Counted from the stretch's first letter, positions 1 to 9,813 are shown. The stretch is DNA of 64,000 bases from an uncultured Poribacteria bacterium (GCA_951828385.1 OX639973.1:2407200-2471199), one strand, 5' to 3'. Notes: a model not told the origin generated them from the letters alone. Translations and numbers: made by a program.

Positions 1-135
1 GCTCGTAGTAGTGCGATTCTGCGGCGTACTTGCCCAAATGCGATCTGCATTATCGCACGTCCTAAAGCGCAATAAATTGCGCCACTACGAACCATCTATC
101 GGTTTAGATGTGACAGATTACTATGCATACTACTT
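1..135. repeat. Diverged partial copy of the palindromic repeat family seen at 9433-9813 (cgtagtag ... ctactacgaacc arms). The ORF-track start at 11 is probably an artefact of reading through it.
   Basis: gctcgtagtag...gcgccactacgaaccatc resembles gttcgtagtag...cgcactactacgaacctac of the 127-bp unit. The ORF-track peptide HYEP is shared with ORF 9751. Confidence 0.35.
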
Positions 136-136
136 T

Positions 137-1351
137 ATGATACTTAAGATCGCGTTTCGTAATATCTTCCGTCAAAAGCGGCGGACAATTCTAACGGCAC
201 TCGCGATGATTGTCGGTTTCGCGCTCTTATCGCTAACCATTGGTTTGTCCGATGGTGCCTACGGGAACATTATCGCGATGTTCACCCGAAACCGTATTGG
301 ACATATTCAGGTGCATCGCGATGGGTATCTCGATAAACCCTCGCTCTACAAAACAATCGACAACGCTCCTGCTGTGGGTGAGACGATTCAGCGTATTGTA
401 GGCGTTGAAGCGTGGACCCCGCGTGTCTACGGGGCAGGACTCGGCTCGGTTGGTGAAAAGAGTACGGCTGTACAAATCATCGGGGTTGATGTGGTCCGTG
501 AAACCGCAGCAACCCGTTTTGACCAAAAAGTCGTTGAAGGCAGCACACTCACAGAAACACCCTCACATGAGGCGGTTATTGGGAAAGGTTTAGCGAAAAT
601 TGTGTCCGCAACGGTTGACAGTGAAATTGTAATCGTTTCACAGGGTGCTGATGGTTCGATTGCGAATGACGTGTATAAAATCGTCGGTATCGCAGAAAGC
701 GGTGACGACATAACCGACCGCGTAGCGTGTTATCTGCACATTGAAGACGCTCAAGAATTGCTTGTGCTTGAAGGACGCGTCCATGAGATTGTTGTGATTG
801 TCTCAAACATCAACCGGGTCGATAAAATCACGAGCGCAATCGAAACGCAACTCAATGATTCAACGCTTGATGTAGCACCGTGGCAGGTGGTTGCCAAATC
901 CTTTTATCGCGCGATGCGTACCGACCAACAAGGAGACGCAATTTCCCGTTTGGTAATTATGCTGATTGTCGCTATCGGTGTCCTTAATACCGTGTTGATG
1001 TCGGTGTTAGAGCGGACGCGTGAGTACGGTGTGCTAAAGGCAGTGGGGACAAAACCGGGGCAAATCTTCTGGCTCGTCGTTTGCGAAGTCGTCATCATAG
1101 CGTTGGGGAGCGTCTGTATCGGCGCGCTCCTTGGCGTTTTGGTCAATTATCTGCTATCCATATACGGCATCACGTACCCCGAAGAAATTACCTACGGCGG
1201 TATGAAACTCAAGACGTTGTACGCTGTGGTCAACATCCGATGTCTAGTTATCCCCGCTATCACGGTTATGCTATCAGCGGCGACTGTCAGTCTGTTTCCT
1301 GCGATAAAAGCCGCCCGTATTATGCCTGCACAGGCGATGCGGACACATTGA
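137..1351 (+). CDS. ABC transporter permease, FtsX/MacB-LolE-like (start moved to MILKIAFRNIF)
   Basis: N-terminus MILKIAFRNIFRQKRRT parallels the second permease (MWLILVKLAWRNIFRNKRRT). There are four C-terminal TM helices and a large periplasmic loop. The gene sits in an operon with an ABC ATPase. Confidence 0.75.
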   Translation: MILKIAFRNIFRQKRRTILTALAMIVGFALLSLTIGLSDGAYGNIIAMFTRNRIGHIQVHRDGYLDKPSLYKTIDNAPAVGETIQRIVGVEAWTPRVYGAGLGSVGEKSTAVQIIGVDVVRETAATRFDQKVVEGSTLTETPSHEAVIGKGLAKIVSATVDSEIVIVSQGADGSIANDVYKIVGIAESGDDITDRVACYLHIEDAQELLVLEGRVHEIVVIVSNINRVDKITSAIETQLNDSTLDVAPWQVVAKSFYRAMRTDQQGDAISRLVIMLIVAIGVLNTVLMSVLERTREYGVLKAVGTKPGQIFWLVVCEVVIIALGSVCIGALLGVLVNYLLSIYGITYPEEITYGGMKLKTLYAVVNIRCLVIPAITVMLSAATVSLFPAIKAARIMPAQAMRTH

Positions 1352-1356
1352 TATGG

Positions 1357-1515
1357 TTGTCAGTTGTCAGTTCGGTTTTTCTGCGAAAAACCTTTCAGTT
1401 GTCAGTTAACATTCTGTGGCAGTAACAAGGTTTGGACCCGCCACAAGACATCCGTTAACCGAACACTGAAGACCGAAAACCATTCCTCTGATAACTGATA
1501 ACCGATAACTGATAA
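1357..1515. repeat. Heptameric GTTRTCA tandem arrays: GTTGTCA x2 at 1357, TCAGTTGTCAGTT at 1395, and CTGATAA x4 (inverse orientation) at 1488
   Basis: Direct 7-bp periodicity is visible in the spacer between the two permease genes. Confidence 0.5.
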
Positions 1516-1526
1516 CTATTCAAACT

Positions 1527-2756
1527 ATGTGGTTGATTTTAGTAAAACTTGCATGGCGAAATATCTTTCGGAATAAACGGCGAACACTCATCGCCGCAAC
1601 AGCGATCGGCATCGGTCTGGCTGCGCTGATTTTTGTTGATGCGTTAATGATCGGGATGACAGACAATATGGTGCGGACTGCTACTGCCTCCTTCCTCGGC
1701 GACGCGCAGATTCATCGGGCAGGGTTTCGAGACGTACAAGAGGTCTCATTGACGATTCAGGCACTTGACGAAGTAACGAACGGGCTCGCTCAGGAAGGGA
1801 TTGTCGAACATTTCACCGAAAGAGTGCTTGCGCCAGGTATGATTACGTCTCCAGCGAACGTCAGTGCAATTGCCCTTGTCGGGGTTCATCCGCCTACAGA
1901 AAAATTTCTGTCCCAAATTGATGATGCGATAACGGAAGGTGTCTATTTTGAAGGCGATAGCAGCCGCGAGATCGTTATCGGTGCGAAACTTGCAGAAATC
2001 TTGGAAATTGGACTTGGGGACCGAGTGGTCGTGACAGTAGCGCAAGCCGAAACCGGAGACCTCTCTCAAGAGATGTTCAGGATTTCCGGTATCTATTATT
2101 TTGCTGGCGAAGAGATGAACGCCGGCATGGCTTTTGTGCGGATTGAAAAAGCGCGAGAGATGCTCGGTATCGGGAACGCAGCACATGAAATCGCCATTAA
2201 ATTTACTTCTCTTGCCTACTCACAAGATCCAGCACTGCCGTTTTGGGAGACGTATTCCGAACACGGCAACGAAGCTTTAAGTTGGACAGAACTGATGTCG
2301 CAATTAACAGCGATATTAGAAATGACGAAGTACAGCAAATATATTATGGCGGTTATCCTATTTTTTCTGGTTGCCTTTGGGATTATCAACACGCTTTTTA
2401 TGTCGTTGTACGAGCGGATGTTTGAGTTTGGTGTGCTACGTGCTGTCGGGACGCGTCCTTTTGGTATGGCGCGCGTCATCTTGTTTGAGGCGGGTGCCTT
2501 AGCAATGGTGAGCATTGGACTCGGCGCGATACTCGGCTTTGTTTTGACAGCAGTTTTTGCGCATGTTGGCATTGACTATACCGGCATCGAAATGACGGGG
2601 GTGACGATACAGGAATTCATCCGCCCCATCATGACGGTTGAACAGTTCATTATTTATCCGGTGTGGCTCTTTATTTTCACGCTCATTGCTGGACTCTATC
2701 CTGCACGCCACGCAGCCAAGATTTCTCCAGCAACCGCAATGCGACGGAGTTTCTAA
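1527..2756 (+). CDS. ABC transporter permease, FtsX-like (MacB/LolC family)
   Basis: Family-typical RNIFRNKRRT N-terminus, an about 220-aa periplasmic domain and a 3-TM C-terminal FtsX domain. Its stop overlaps the ATPase start. Confidence 0.8.
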   Translation: MWLILVKLAWRNIFRNKRRTLIAATAIGIGLAALIFVDALMIGMTDNMVRTATASFLGDAQIHRAGFRDVQEVSLTIQALDEVTNGLAQEGIVEHFTERVLAPGMITSPANVSAIALVGVHPPTEKFLSQIDDAITEGVYFEGDSSREIVIGAKLAEILEIGLGDRVVVTVAQAETGDLSQEMFRISGIYYFAGEEMNAGMAFVRIEKAREMLGIGNAAHEIAIKFTSLAYSQDPALPFWETYSEHGNEALSWTELMSQLTAILEMTKYSKYIMAVILFFLVAFGIINTLFMSLYERMFEFGVLRAVGTRPFGMARVILFEAGALAMVSIGLGAILGFVLTAVFAHVGIDYTGIEMTGVTIQEFIRPIMTVEQFIIYPVWLFIFTLIAGLYPARHAAKISPATAMRRSF

Positions 2757-2757
2757 G

Positions 2758-3459
2758 ATGGAACAGACTGAGAAAACGGATGTCATTATCACAGAAGGTG
2801 TAACAAGGGTTTATGCAGCGGATGGGGTTCCTGTCAACGCGCTGAATGGGATCGATTTAACCATCCAATCGGGAGAATTTACTGCGCTCGTGGGTCCCTC
2901 TGGTTCCGGTAAAACAACTTTTCTCAATATTATTTCTGGCTTGGACGCGCCCACAGACGGAAAAGTGTGGTTGGCTGGCAAAGTGCTTTCAGAGATGAGT
3001 GGCAACGAACTCTCTGACTTTCGACGCGATAATATCGGGTTCATTTTTCAGGCTTATAACCTAATTCCGGTGTTGACAGTCGAGGAAAACGTTGAATACA
3101 TCATGCTCTTAGCAGGTGTCCCTAAGGCGGAACGACACGAACGGGTTATTGCAATGCTCCAAGCTGTCGGGTTAAAAGGGGTCGCTGACCGTACACCGAC
3201 GCAGCTTTCAGGTGGACAGCAGCAGCGTGTCGCTATTGCGCGTGCGATGGTCTCTGAACCGCAGATTATCCTCGCCGATGAACCGACCGCGAACCTCGAC
3301 TCGAAAACGGGTGCTGATCTGCTTGAGATGATGCGCCGCCTCAACACGGGAACCGGCATGACGTTCATCTTCTCAACACACGATCCGATGGTGATGGAGG
3401 GTGCGACGCGTCTGATTACACTTCGCGATGGACGGGTAGATACTGATGAAACGAAGTAA
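2758..3459 (+). CDS. ABC transporter ATP-binding protein (LolD/MacB-type)
   Basis: Walker A GPSGSGKTT, signature LSGGQQQRVAIARA, Walker B ILADEPTANLD and the H-loop STHD. The start is ATG at 2758, 2 nt after the permease stop. Confidence 0.85.
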   Translation: MEQTEKTDVIITEGVTRVYAADGVPVNALNGIDLTIQSGEFTALVGPSGSGKTTFLNIISGLDAPTDGKVWLAGKVLSEMSGNELSDFRRDNIGFIFQAYNLIPVLTVEENVEYIMLLAGVPKAERHERVIAMLQAVGLKGVADRTPTQLSGGQQQRVAIARAMVSEPQIILADEPTANLDSKTGADLLEMMRRLNTGTGMTFIFSTHDPMVMEGATRLITLRDGRVDTDETK

Positions 3460-3460
3460 T

Positions 3461-3517
3461 AGTTGTCAGTTATCAGTTTTAATAGTTTTCAGTTTTCGGT
3501 TATCAGTTGCCAGTTAA
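3461..3517. repeat. Heptameric array of seven units: GTTGTCA GTTATCA GTTTTAA.. GTTTTCA GTTTTCG GTTATCA GTTGCCA
   Basis: The 7-bp period is visible immediately after the ATPase stop. It is followed by the direct repeat tctgatgagaata x2 overlapping the next start codon. Confidence 0.5.
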
Positions 3518-3548
3518 GAGAGATAAAAATTTCTGATGAGAATATCTG

Positions 3549-4769
3549 ATGAGAATAATCCTGGTACTTGTCATCTATTTAATGACAACACCGCTTGTAG
3601 GGACGGCCGATGCTGAGTTTCAAGCCGGTGGTTACTACAAAAACTTTTCTACTGTATTCAACTCACCGCTCCCAGACGCATCTATGGCGGGGATCGTCGT
3701 CAACCGGTTACGCCTGAATCTCTCCCACACACCAACCGACACACTTTCGTTTGCTCTCGCCTATGATTTTACGCCGCGCGTTCAAGACCCTTTACTCTTT
3801 TCCGAATCTCCGTTTGCTGTCGGTGTCGCTTCATCTCGTTACCGGGTTGTAGATTTTGACGCACGGATCTATCCGAGTACGGATGAAGCAACGGGCAGTG
3901 TCGGCGTCTATCACAACCTTGATCGTGCTGCTGTTCAGTTCAGTACCGATTTTGCAGACTTCTCTATCGGTAGGGACGCGATTGCTTGGGGCAGTGCTCG
4001 GATCATAAATCCAACCGATATTATTGCGCCATATACTTACGATCAGTTGGACACGGAAGACCGCGTTGGCGTAGATGCAGTTCGTGTCCGTATTCCGGTC
4101 GGTGTGATGGGTGAGGTGGATACCGGATACATCTTTGGCAACAACTTCGATTTTGATAAAAGTGCTATCTTTCTCCGAACACAATTGAACGCCGCAGAGA
4201 CAGATTTTTCAATTTTACTGTTGGAATTTCAGAGGGATCTGCTTATCGGTTTCGATGTGGCTCGCGGCATTGGCGGCGCAGGGTTCTGGTTAGAAACGGC
4301 TTATGTCTTTGTTGAACCGTTTGATGATGAACCCGACACATCAGATAATTATCTGCGAACCTCTGTCGGTTTGGACTATAGCTTCGGTGGAGAGACGTAC
4401 GCCTTTATTGAATATCATTTCAATAGCGCGGGTGCGACGAAACCGGAAAATTATCTTACTAACTTAGAGCAATCGGCGTATACCCGTGGCGGTGTTTATC
4501 TGCTGGGTCGGCACTATCTCGCCCCCGGATTTACTCGTCAACTGACACCGTTGGTTAGCTTCAGCGGACAGATGCTGTTTAACCTATCCGACCCGTCAAC
4601 TTGGGTTGCACCGCAAGTTGCCTATAACATCGCCGAGGATATTCACCTCTCTGTCGGCGGTTTCGTCAGCATCGGCAAGCGACCTAAAAATGGCGAATCC
4701 TCCGAATTTCAATCGGAATTTGGCAGTTATCCAAATCTTTTCTTTTCCTCGTTTCGCGTCTATTTCTGA
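3549..4769 (+). CDS. Putative outer-membrane beta-barrel protein (secreted)
   Basis: N-terminal signal peptide, alternating amphipathic beta-strand-like segments, and a C-terminal ...FRVYF ending in Phe as in OMPs. It is co-directional with the ABC exporter genes. Confidence 0.4.
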   Translation: MRIILVLVIYLMTTPLVGTADAEFQAGGYYKNFSTVFNSPLPDASMAGIVVNRLRLNLSHTPTDTLSFALAYDFTPRVQDPLLFSESPFAVGVASSRYRVVDFDARIYPSTDEATGSVGVYHNLDRAAVQFSTDFADFSIGRDAIAWGSARIINPTDIIAPYTYDQLDTEDRVGVDAVRVRIPVGVMGEVDTGYIFGNNFDFDKSAIFLRTQLNAAETDFSILLLEFQRDLLIGFDVARGIGGAGFWLETAYVFVEPFDDEPDTSDNYLRTSVGLDYSFGGETYAFIEYHFNSAGATKPENYLTNLEQSAYTRGGVYLLGRHYLAPGFTRQLTPLVSFSGQMLFNLSDPSTWVAPQVAYNIAEDIHLSVGGFVSIGKRPKNGESSEFQSEFGSYPNLFFSSFRVYF

Positions 4770-4895
4770 GTTTTGTATCGCATACGACTGAAGAGAAGGA
4801 GAAAATTCAACGATGTCAAAAAGTCACTCGGAAAATTTAATCGATTTCACAACCCTATGAGGTATGGAAAATTATCTTTCCCGTAAACACACCGT

Positions 4896-4906
4896 GTGAT
4901 ATAATG
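4896..4906 (+). promoter_or_regulatory. Extended -10 element tgtgaTATAAT upstream of the 4943 gene
   Basis: TGnTATAAT consensus about 40 nt upstream of the ATG. The same tgtgatataat(a)gcc string occurs at the 21380 promoter. Confidence 0.35.
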
Positions 4907-4942
4907 CCTACGGTTAGAATTATCCTACGATGGAGATGAGAT

Positions 4943-5779
4943 ATGAACAAAAAACGGATGTTTTTCATAAGTATACTTGGCATTGTGCTTCTGTGTGTCG
5001 GAATCTTCTATTGGCATACGCAACGCCAAGCCAACTACGCAAAAACTCGTGAACTTTTTGCACCTATTTATGAATATTCGGGAAGACTCACACCCGAAGA
5101 ACAAAAACGTTTTTCTGAATTCACCGATTCAATTATGAATGTTGAACCTTCTGTCGCTAAAAAATACATCTTACCCAAGCGAGAGATGCTTCAGTTAGAA
5201 GCACACAGCATGACGTTACAACGGAACAATCCTGAACTAATGTTCATGAACAGTCTACCTTTCCCGACGGATACCGATGTCGAGCCATATAAACGGTACT
5301 TCAGTATCCTTGCACTGATTGCGAAAACCAAGCTTGCGGATTTACCTACGGATAGTAGGAAGTCGATAATCTCACACCTTGATACACTCGGAAAACGACT
5401 GGCGAAAAACAGCGTTGAGGTTTATATTCAAGAAATCAAAGATACCCCTTTTCGTCCGAGGCAAAAACTCCCGACGATGCGCTTCGGCGTTGCGTCTGCA
5501 CCCGGAGAAATCGCAAGAGGGATATTAGAAGCAGATGGACTGGTATTGCCGGAAGATGCTAAACGCGGAGTTATCCAAATCACTGATCTTTATGGAAACA
5601 CGTACGAGGTTGATCTGGATGATCCTGCTGATACAGGTATAACAGAGGATACAACCGAATTGTATGCGAAGATTGACCGGATTTTTGAGCAGCTTACCGA
5701 TGCGGAGTTCCAAAGACTTTCGGATCTCAACAAAGCAGACCGTTCGGCAGAAATCGAAAAGTTGTTCCTATTAGAATAA
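4943..5779 (+). CDS. Hypothetical membrane-anchored protein
   Basis: The ORF has an N-terminal TM helix (FFISILGIVLLCVGIFYW). I do not recognise any family. Confidence 0.4.
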   Translation: MNKKRMFFISILGIVLLCVGIFYWHTQRQANYAKTRELFAPIYEYSGRLTPEEQKRFSEFTDSIMNVEPSVAKKYILPKREMLQLEAHSMTLQRNNPELMFMNSLPFPTDTDVEPYKRYFSILALIAKTKLADLPTDSRKSIISHLDTLGKRLAKNSVEVYIQEIKDTPFRPRQKLPTMRFGVASAPGEIARGILEADGLVLPEDAKRGVIQITDLYGNTYEVDLDDPADTGITEDTTELYAKIDRIFEQLTDAEFQRLSDLNKADRSAEIEKLFLLE

Positions 5780-6226
5780 CCCAAGTTGCCATTTGTAAAT
5801 CCATAGAATTTCCTACTTAAATCAGATTTAAGTTGCGTTAGAAATTGAATTTGAGTATAATTTGCCATGCTATGACATAATAACAAATAAAACATACTTT
5901 TATTCATTATGTCCTAATACAACCCAAGTTGCTACGGACAAGACTTTAGACCAGCTGACCTCGTATTTCACTGAAAAATGTCAATTAGCCAAGCATTTTG
6001 TAGCGTAAATTTTTAGTTTGCGGCATTTTCAAACACAATCTAACAGGTGATGCTACAAGGTGGCAACTTGCGTTATTTTAACAAAGAGTGATTGCAGTAG
6101 CTGACAGTTCAGAGAATCTTCCATCTTATTTTCGAGTATAAGTGTTTGGTAAAATTTTTGGATTTTTGAATTGTGCTGTCTATTAAAATTACCAATCACA
6201 ACACAAGCCGAGAGGAGTTTTAGTCT

Positions 6227-7855
6227 ATGAGAAAACTATTTGTTTATTCCGTAATTGTTTTTACGATGATTGTTTATACGTCACATGCCGATATGACCTC
6301 GGATCTACAAGCCTATCCGAGTAGTGAATATCTCGTCGGTGTGTCAGAAGGACCAGGAGCTGTCGAATCCCTTATGAATCAGGCAGAAGATCAGTTATCC
6401 AAGAAGATCTTCGACAAGATTAGATATGTTATTAACGAAAACGAAAACGATTGGCTTGCCTACAATCGTGTCCGTGAACACTACAGCACAGTGATCCAGA
6501 GTTCCATAAAATCTAAACTCAAAGGGATTCGGGAATATTATCCCTCCACGGCACCGGATGCCTATGTTATTGTCTACGTTAAGCGTGATATGCTCCAGCA
6601 GATTTATACCGACGAAGCTGCGGATTTACGCCAAGAGATTAACGACCTTCTTCATAAAGCACAGGTCATAGAAAACGCTGGCGATTTATCAGATGCAGCC
6701 AAGATATATCTGAGCACGTACCGATTGTATGAAGCGTTAAAAGAAGCAGAGCTCATTCAATTGGGCGCAGCGTACATAACACCACCTAAGGCATTTTCTA
6801 AATTGTCGGACGCAGCAGGTGGCGTTGCCAAAGCGGATTTGATGATGTCGCATAAAGAAGTCGTTACGAAAGTAGAAAAAATCGCGCCTCAAACGATAAT
6901 TAATATCAACGATGTTGCGCGTGTCACTGCCTATCAATTCCAGCAGCAAAGCAGCGACTGGGGAACTAAGGTGAAGGCGGAGGAACTTACCTACGACAGT
7001 TTCAATGTTGTGAGTCCTTCTTCAACGCCTTTTTTGGAGGCACTTACAAGTGAGTTGAAGTGGCATCGCTCGCTTCCGATGCGAGGGTTCCAACCACTTC
7101 GAGAGGTACATAAGGCTGAATCTCAAGACGATCATTTGCAATTCTTCGGTGGATATTGGGCAGACGGCGACAAAATTACACTACGCACCACGCTACGCGA
7201 TATCGCAACGGGCGAATTTAAGGCGGCGGCTGTTGTACGATTTAGTGAGAGTCAACGCCGAGACAAGGACATCGCGCTAAAACCCGGAAATCTTGAGCAA
7301 TTCGATCAAGATTGGAAACTTTTTAATCCACTTGAAGAGACACTCAGTCTTGAAGAGGTGCAGCCGGTAGAGGAGGAATCACAAACTACAGAGGTTTCGC
7401 CCGCAGAAGTTCCGGCTGAAGAATCCATCGTCAATCCGAAAGTTTTTGTCAACGACGGATTAACTGTTGAAATCGCGACGGATAGGGGTACAGGACCGGT
7501 GGTTTATTCCGAAGGCGAAACAATGACAGTCTTCGCACGTGCGGACCAAGAGGTTTATATCCGTTTAATCTATATCCTTGCGGATGGAAAGCGGACACTA
7601 CTGTTAGACAACCATCATATTAGTTCCGAAATGACTAACCAAAGTTTGGAGATCGGAAAATTTGTGTGTACACCGCCATTTGGCGCGGAGCAGTTGCATG
7701 TTTATGCTAAGCGCGAAGCGTTCCCGGATTTGGCACCGGGGCAAACGTATGAGGAGGGTGGGTACGTCTACCTAACGCCAACACGCGGTTTTCAACCGTT
7801 CAAACCACAGCCTGAAGGGTCTGCACATATTTCTATTACCACTCTACCAAAGTAG
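6227..7855 (+). CDS. Hypothetical secreted protein
   Basis: 542-aa ORF with an N-terminal signal peptide (VIVFTMIVYTSHA). A reasonable RBS, gagaggag, lies upstream. Confidence 0.4.
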   Translation: MRKLFVYSVIVFTMIVYTSHADMTSDLQAYPSSEYLVGVSEGPGAVESLMNQAEDQLSKKIFDKIRYVINENENDWLAYNRVREHYSTVIQSSIKSKLKGIREYYPSTAPDAYVIVYVKRDMLQQIYTDEAADLRQEINDLLHKAQVIENAGDLSDAAKIYLSTYRLYEALKEAELIQLGAAYITPPKAFSKLSDAAGGVAKADLMMSHKEVVTKVEKIAPQTIININDVARVTAYQFQQQSSDWGTKVKAEELTYDSFNVVSPSSTPFLEALTSELKWHRSLPMRGFQPLREVHKAESQDDHLQFFGGYWADGDKITLRTTLRDIATGEFKAAAVVRFSESQRRDKDIALKPGNLEQFDQDWKLFNPLEETLSLEEVQPVEEESQTTEVSPAEVPAEESIVNPKVFVNDGLTVEIATDRGTGPVVYSEGETMTVFARADQEVYIRLIYILADGKRTLLLDNHHISSEMTNQSLEIGKFVCTPPFGAEQLHVYAKREAFPDLAPGQTYEEGGYVYLTPTRGFQPFKPQPEGSAHISITTLPK

Positions 7856-7941
7856 GGCTTACATCTATAAAAGTAAAGTTCCTTATGATATGGGGACGCT
7901 TTGCCATATCCCTTGGCACGCTTCAAAGCTCTGAAAGTAGA

Positions 7942-9453
7942 ATGTTTATGGTCTCTACAAGAAAAATATCTTTATTTTTATTTTTTAGTTTCCTTTGTTT
8001 TGTGATCGTATCCATCGCCTCTACCGAGTTATTTTCGCAACGCGGTATGAGTGTTACTATCCGCACAGAGAACGGGGAGGAGTTTGCTCTCTATAAGGAT
8101 TCTTATGCGCTTATTATTGGAAATGGCGCATATCCAGTGAAAAACGGTTGGAATCCGCTTCCGGGTGCAGTAGAAGATGTCAAAGAAGTCGCAGAAGTCC
8201 TTGAACACCATGGGTTCAATGTGACGCTGAAAATAGATGTAACGAAGACTGAGTTTAATCAAGTATTTTCGGAGTTTATCTATGAATTTGGTAAAAATAA
8301 GGATAATAGACTTCTGTTTTATTATGCAGGGCATGGTTACACGACAAAAGCAGCAACAGGTGAGGACCTTGGCTACCTTGTGATGCTTGATACGCCGAGT
8401 CCTGAGAATGCTGCAGCATTTGACCTCTATAGTGTCGATATGGTCAAGTTCGTATCGGATTCTAAGAAGATTCACGCCAAGCATGTTCTTTTTATGTTTG
8501 ATAGCTGCTTCTCAGGCACAGTGCTAAACCTGAGAAATCGAGTTACTCCCTCCCATATTACGGATCGGATTAAGAATCCTGTGCGCCAGTTCATCACAGC
8601 CGGTCGTGCGGATGAACCCGTGCCAGATAGGAGCGAATTTAAGAAAGCATTTTTGAATATCCTTGAAGGGCGCGTTGAAGAACCGACACCAGATGGTTAC
8701 CTGACAGGTGTTGAGTTGGGAGATTACCTCTATCGAACAGTCCCAAAGTTCTCTCAAGGACAACACCCGCAACATGGAAAGATTCACGATCAGCAATTGA
8801 ACACTGGTGATTTTGTGTTTGTGCTTTCTCAGAACAATAGTGAGGATAATGGCGTTGAGTTAGATACGATAGCGATGTTAAACATAACCAGTAACCCGAG
8901 TGGCGCAATGGTTTATGCTGATGGCATCCTAATCGGGATAACACCGTTAGATAGTTACGAGATTGACACAGGTCCTCGTCTTGAGAAACAGGTAAATATA
9001 GGTTTAGAACTTTCAGGCTACAAGAGCCGTGTTAAAAAAATAACGTTAAAAGGTGGTCAACAGTTCCCGTGGAACGTGCCTTTAGAGAAAATGACGAGCA
9101 AGCCTGCTGAATCCATAACTGATGTTCAGAGGGATGAAGAAACTGCAACGTATCTCTCGCTGGTGTCTGATAATCCACATATTCTTGTACCGATAAACGA
9201 TATGAGGGAATGGAGTGGGTGGAATGGTTGGTTCTGGGAAAAAGTGAAAGGTGAACAACCTACTGAACGGCCTTCTATTTTTTCAGGCAATTATGCGGAT
9301 AGATTTGACCATTGGATGTACTCACATGCCGAAAGCCATATCGTCTATGATATAAGCGGTGGTGAATACTCTCAATTTGATGGGAATTTAATTACACCCA
9401 GCTCATGTATAGAAACCATTGAACTCATATTTCTAGTAGTGCTTCAATGTTGA
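7942..9453 (+). CDS. Caspase-domain (peptidase C14) protein. This is the 5' part of a caspase–NPCBM-like–FGE-sulfatase gene truncated by a stop inside the 127-bp tandem repeat.
   Basis: Signal peptide, then caspase His/Cys dyad motifs YYAGHGY and FMFDSCFSG. It is 90% identical to paralogs at 11043 and 14675 over the caspase region. The C-terminal HIVYDISGGEYSQFDGNLI matches the N-half of an NPCBM-like module. The stop TGA at 9451 lies in repeat copy 1. Confidence 0.6.
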   Translation: MFMVSTRKISLFLFFSFLCFVIVSIASTELFSQRGMSVTIRTENGEEFALYKDSYALIIGNGAYPVKNGWNPLPGAVEDVKEVAEVLEHHGFNVTLKIDVTKTEFNQVFSEFIYEFGKNKDNRLLFYYAGHGYTTKAATGEDLGYLVMLDTPSPENAAAFDLYSVDMVKFVSDSKKIHAKHVLFMFDSCFSGTVLNLRNRVTPSHITDRIKNPVRQFITAGRADEPVPDRSEFKKAFLNILEGRVEEPTPDGYLTGVELGDYLYRTVPKFSQGQHPQHGKIHDQQLNTGDFVFVLSQNNSEDNGVELDTIAMLNITSNPSGAMVYADGILIGITPLDSYEIDTGPRLEKQVNIGLELSGYKSRVKKITLKGGQQFPWNVPLEKMTSKPAESITDVQRDEETATYLSLVSDNPHILVPINDMREWSGWNGWFWEKVKGEQPTERPSIFSGNYADRFDHWMYSHAESHIVYDISGGEYSQFDGNLITPSSCIETIELIFLVVLQC

Positions 9454-9813
9454 GTTTATAGGTAATCCTGTTCGTAGTAGGGCAATTCATTGCCCGTTGC
9501 TGACGTGCGATAAATCGCACTACTACGAACCTACCCTCAGATTCAAAGTTGAAAGACTACTAGTAGTGCTTCAATGTTGAGTTTATAGGTAATCCTGTTC
9601 GTAGTAGGGCAATTCATTGCCCGTTGCTGACGTGCGATAAATCGCACTACTACGAACCTACCCTCAGATTCAAAGTTGAAAGACTACTAGTAGTGCTTCA
9701 ATGTTGAGTTTATAGGTAATCCTGTTCGTAGTAGGGCAATTCATTGCCCGTTGCTGACGTGCGATAAATCGCACTACTACGAACCTACCCTCAGATTCAA
9801 AGTTGAAAGACTA
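9433..9813. repeat. Tandem repeat of 3 x 127 bp with nested palindromes (gttcgtagtag/ctactacgaac arms; gggcaattcattgccc; tgcgataaatcgca)
   Basis: Units start at 9433, 9560 and 9687 and are identical by eye. The total of 381 bp equals 127 codons. The repeat lies between the two halves of the split gene. Confidence 0.9.

Noticed and set aside
11-136. N-terminal 42-aa extension of the first ABC permease in the ORF track
   Set aside because: It lies inside a repeat-family copy and the peptide is low-complexity. The paralogous permease starts at the equivalent of MILKIAF, so the start was moved to 137.
9433-9813. Possible CRISPR array
   Set aside because: The units are 127 bp, directly abutting with no unique spacers, so this is a simple tandem repeat, not repeat-spacer architecture. 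No cas genes are nearby.
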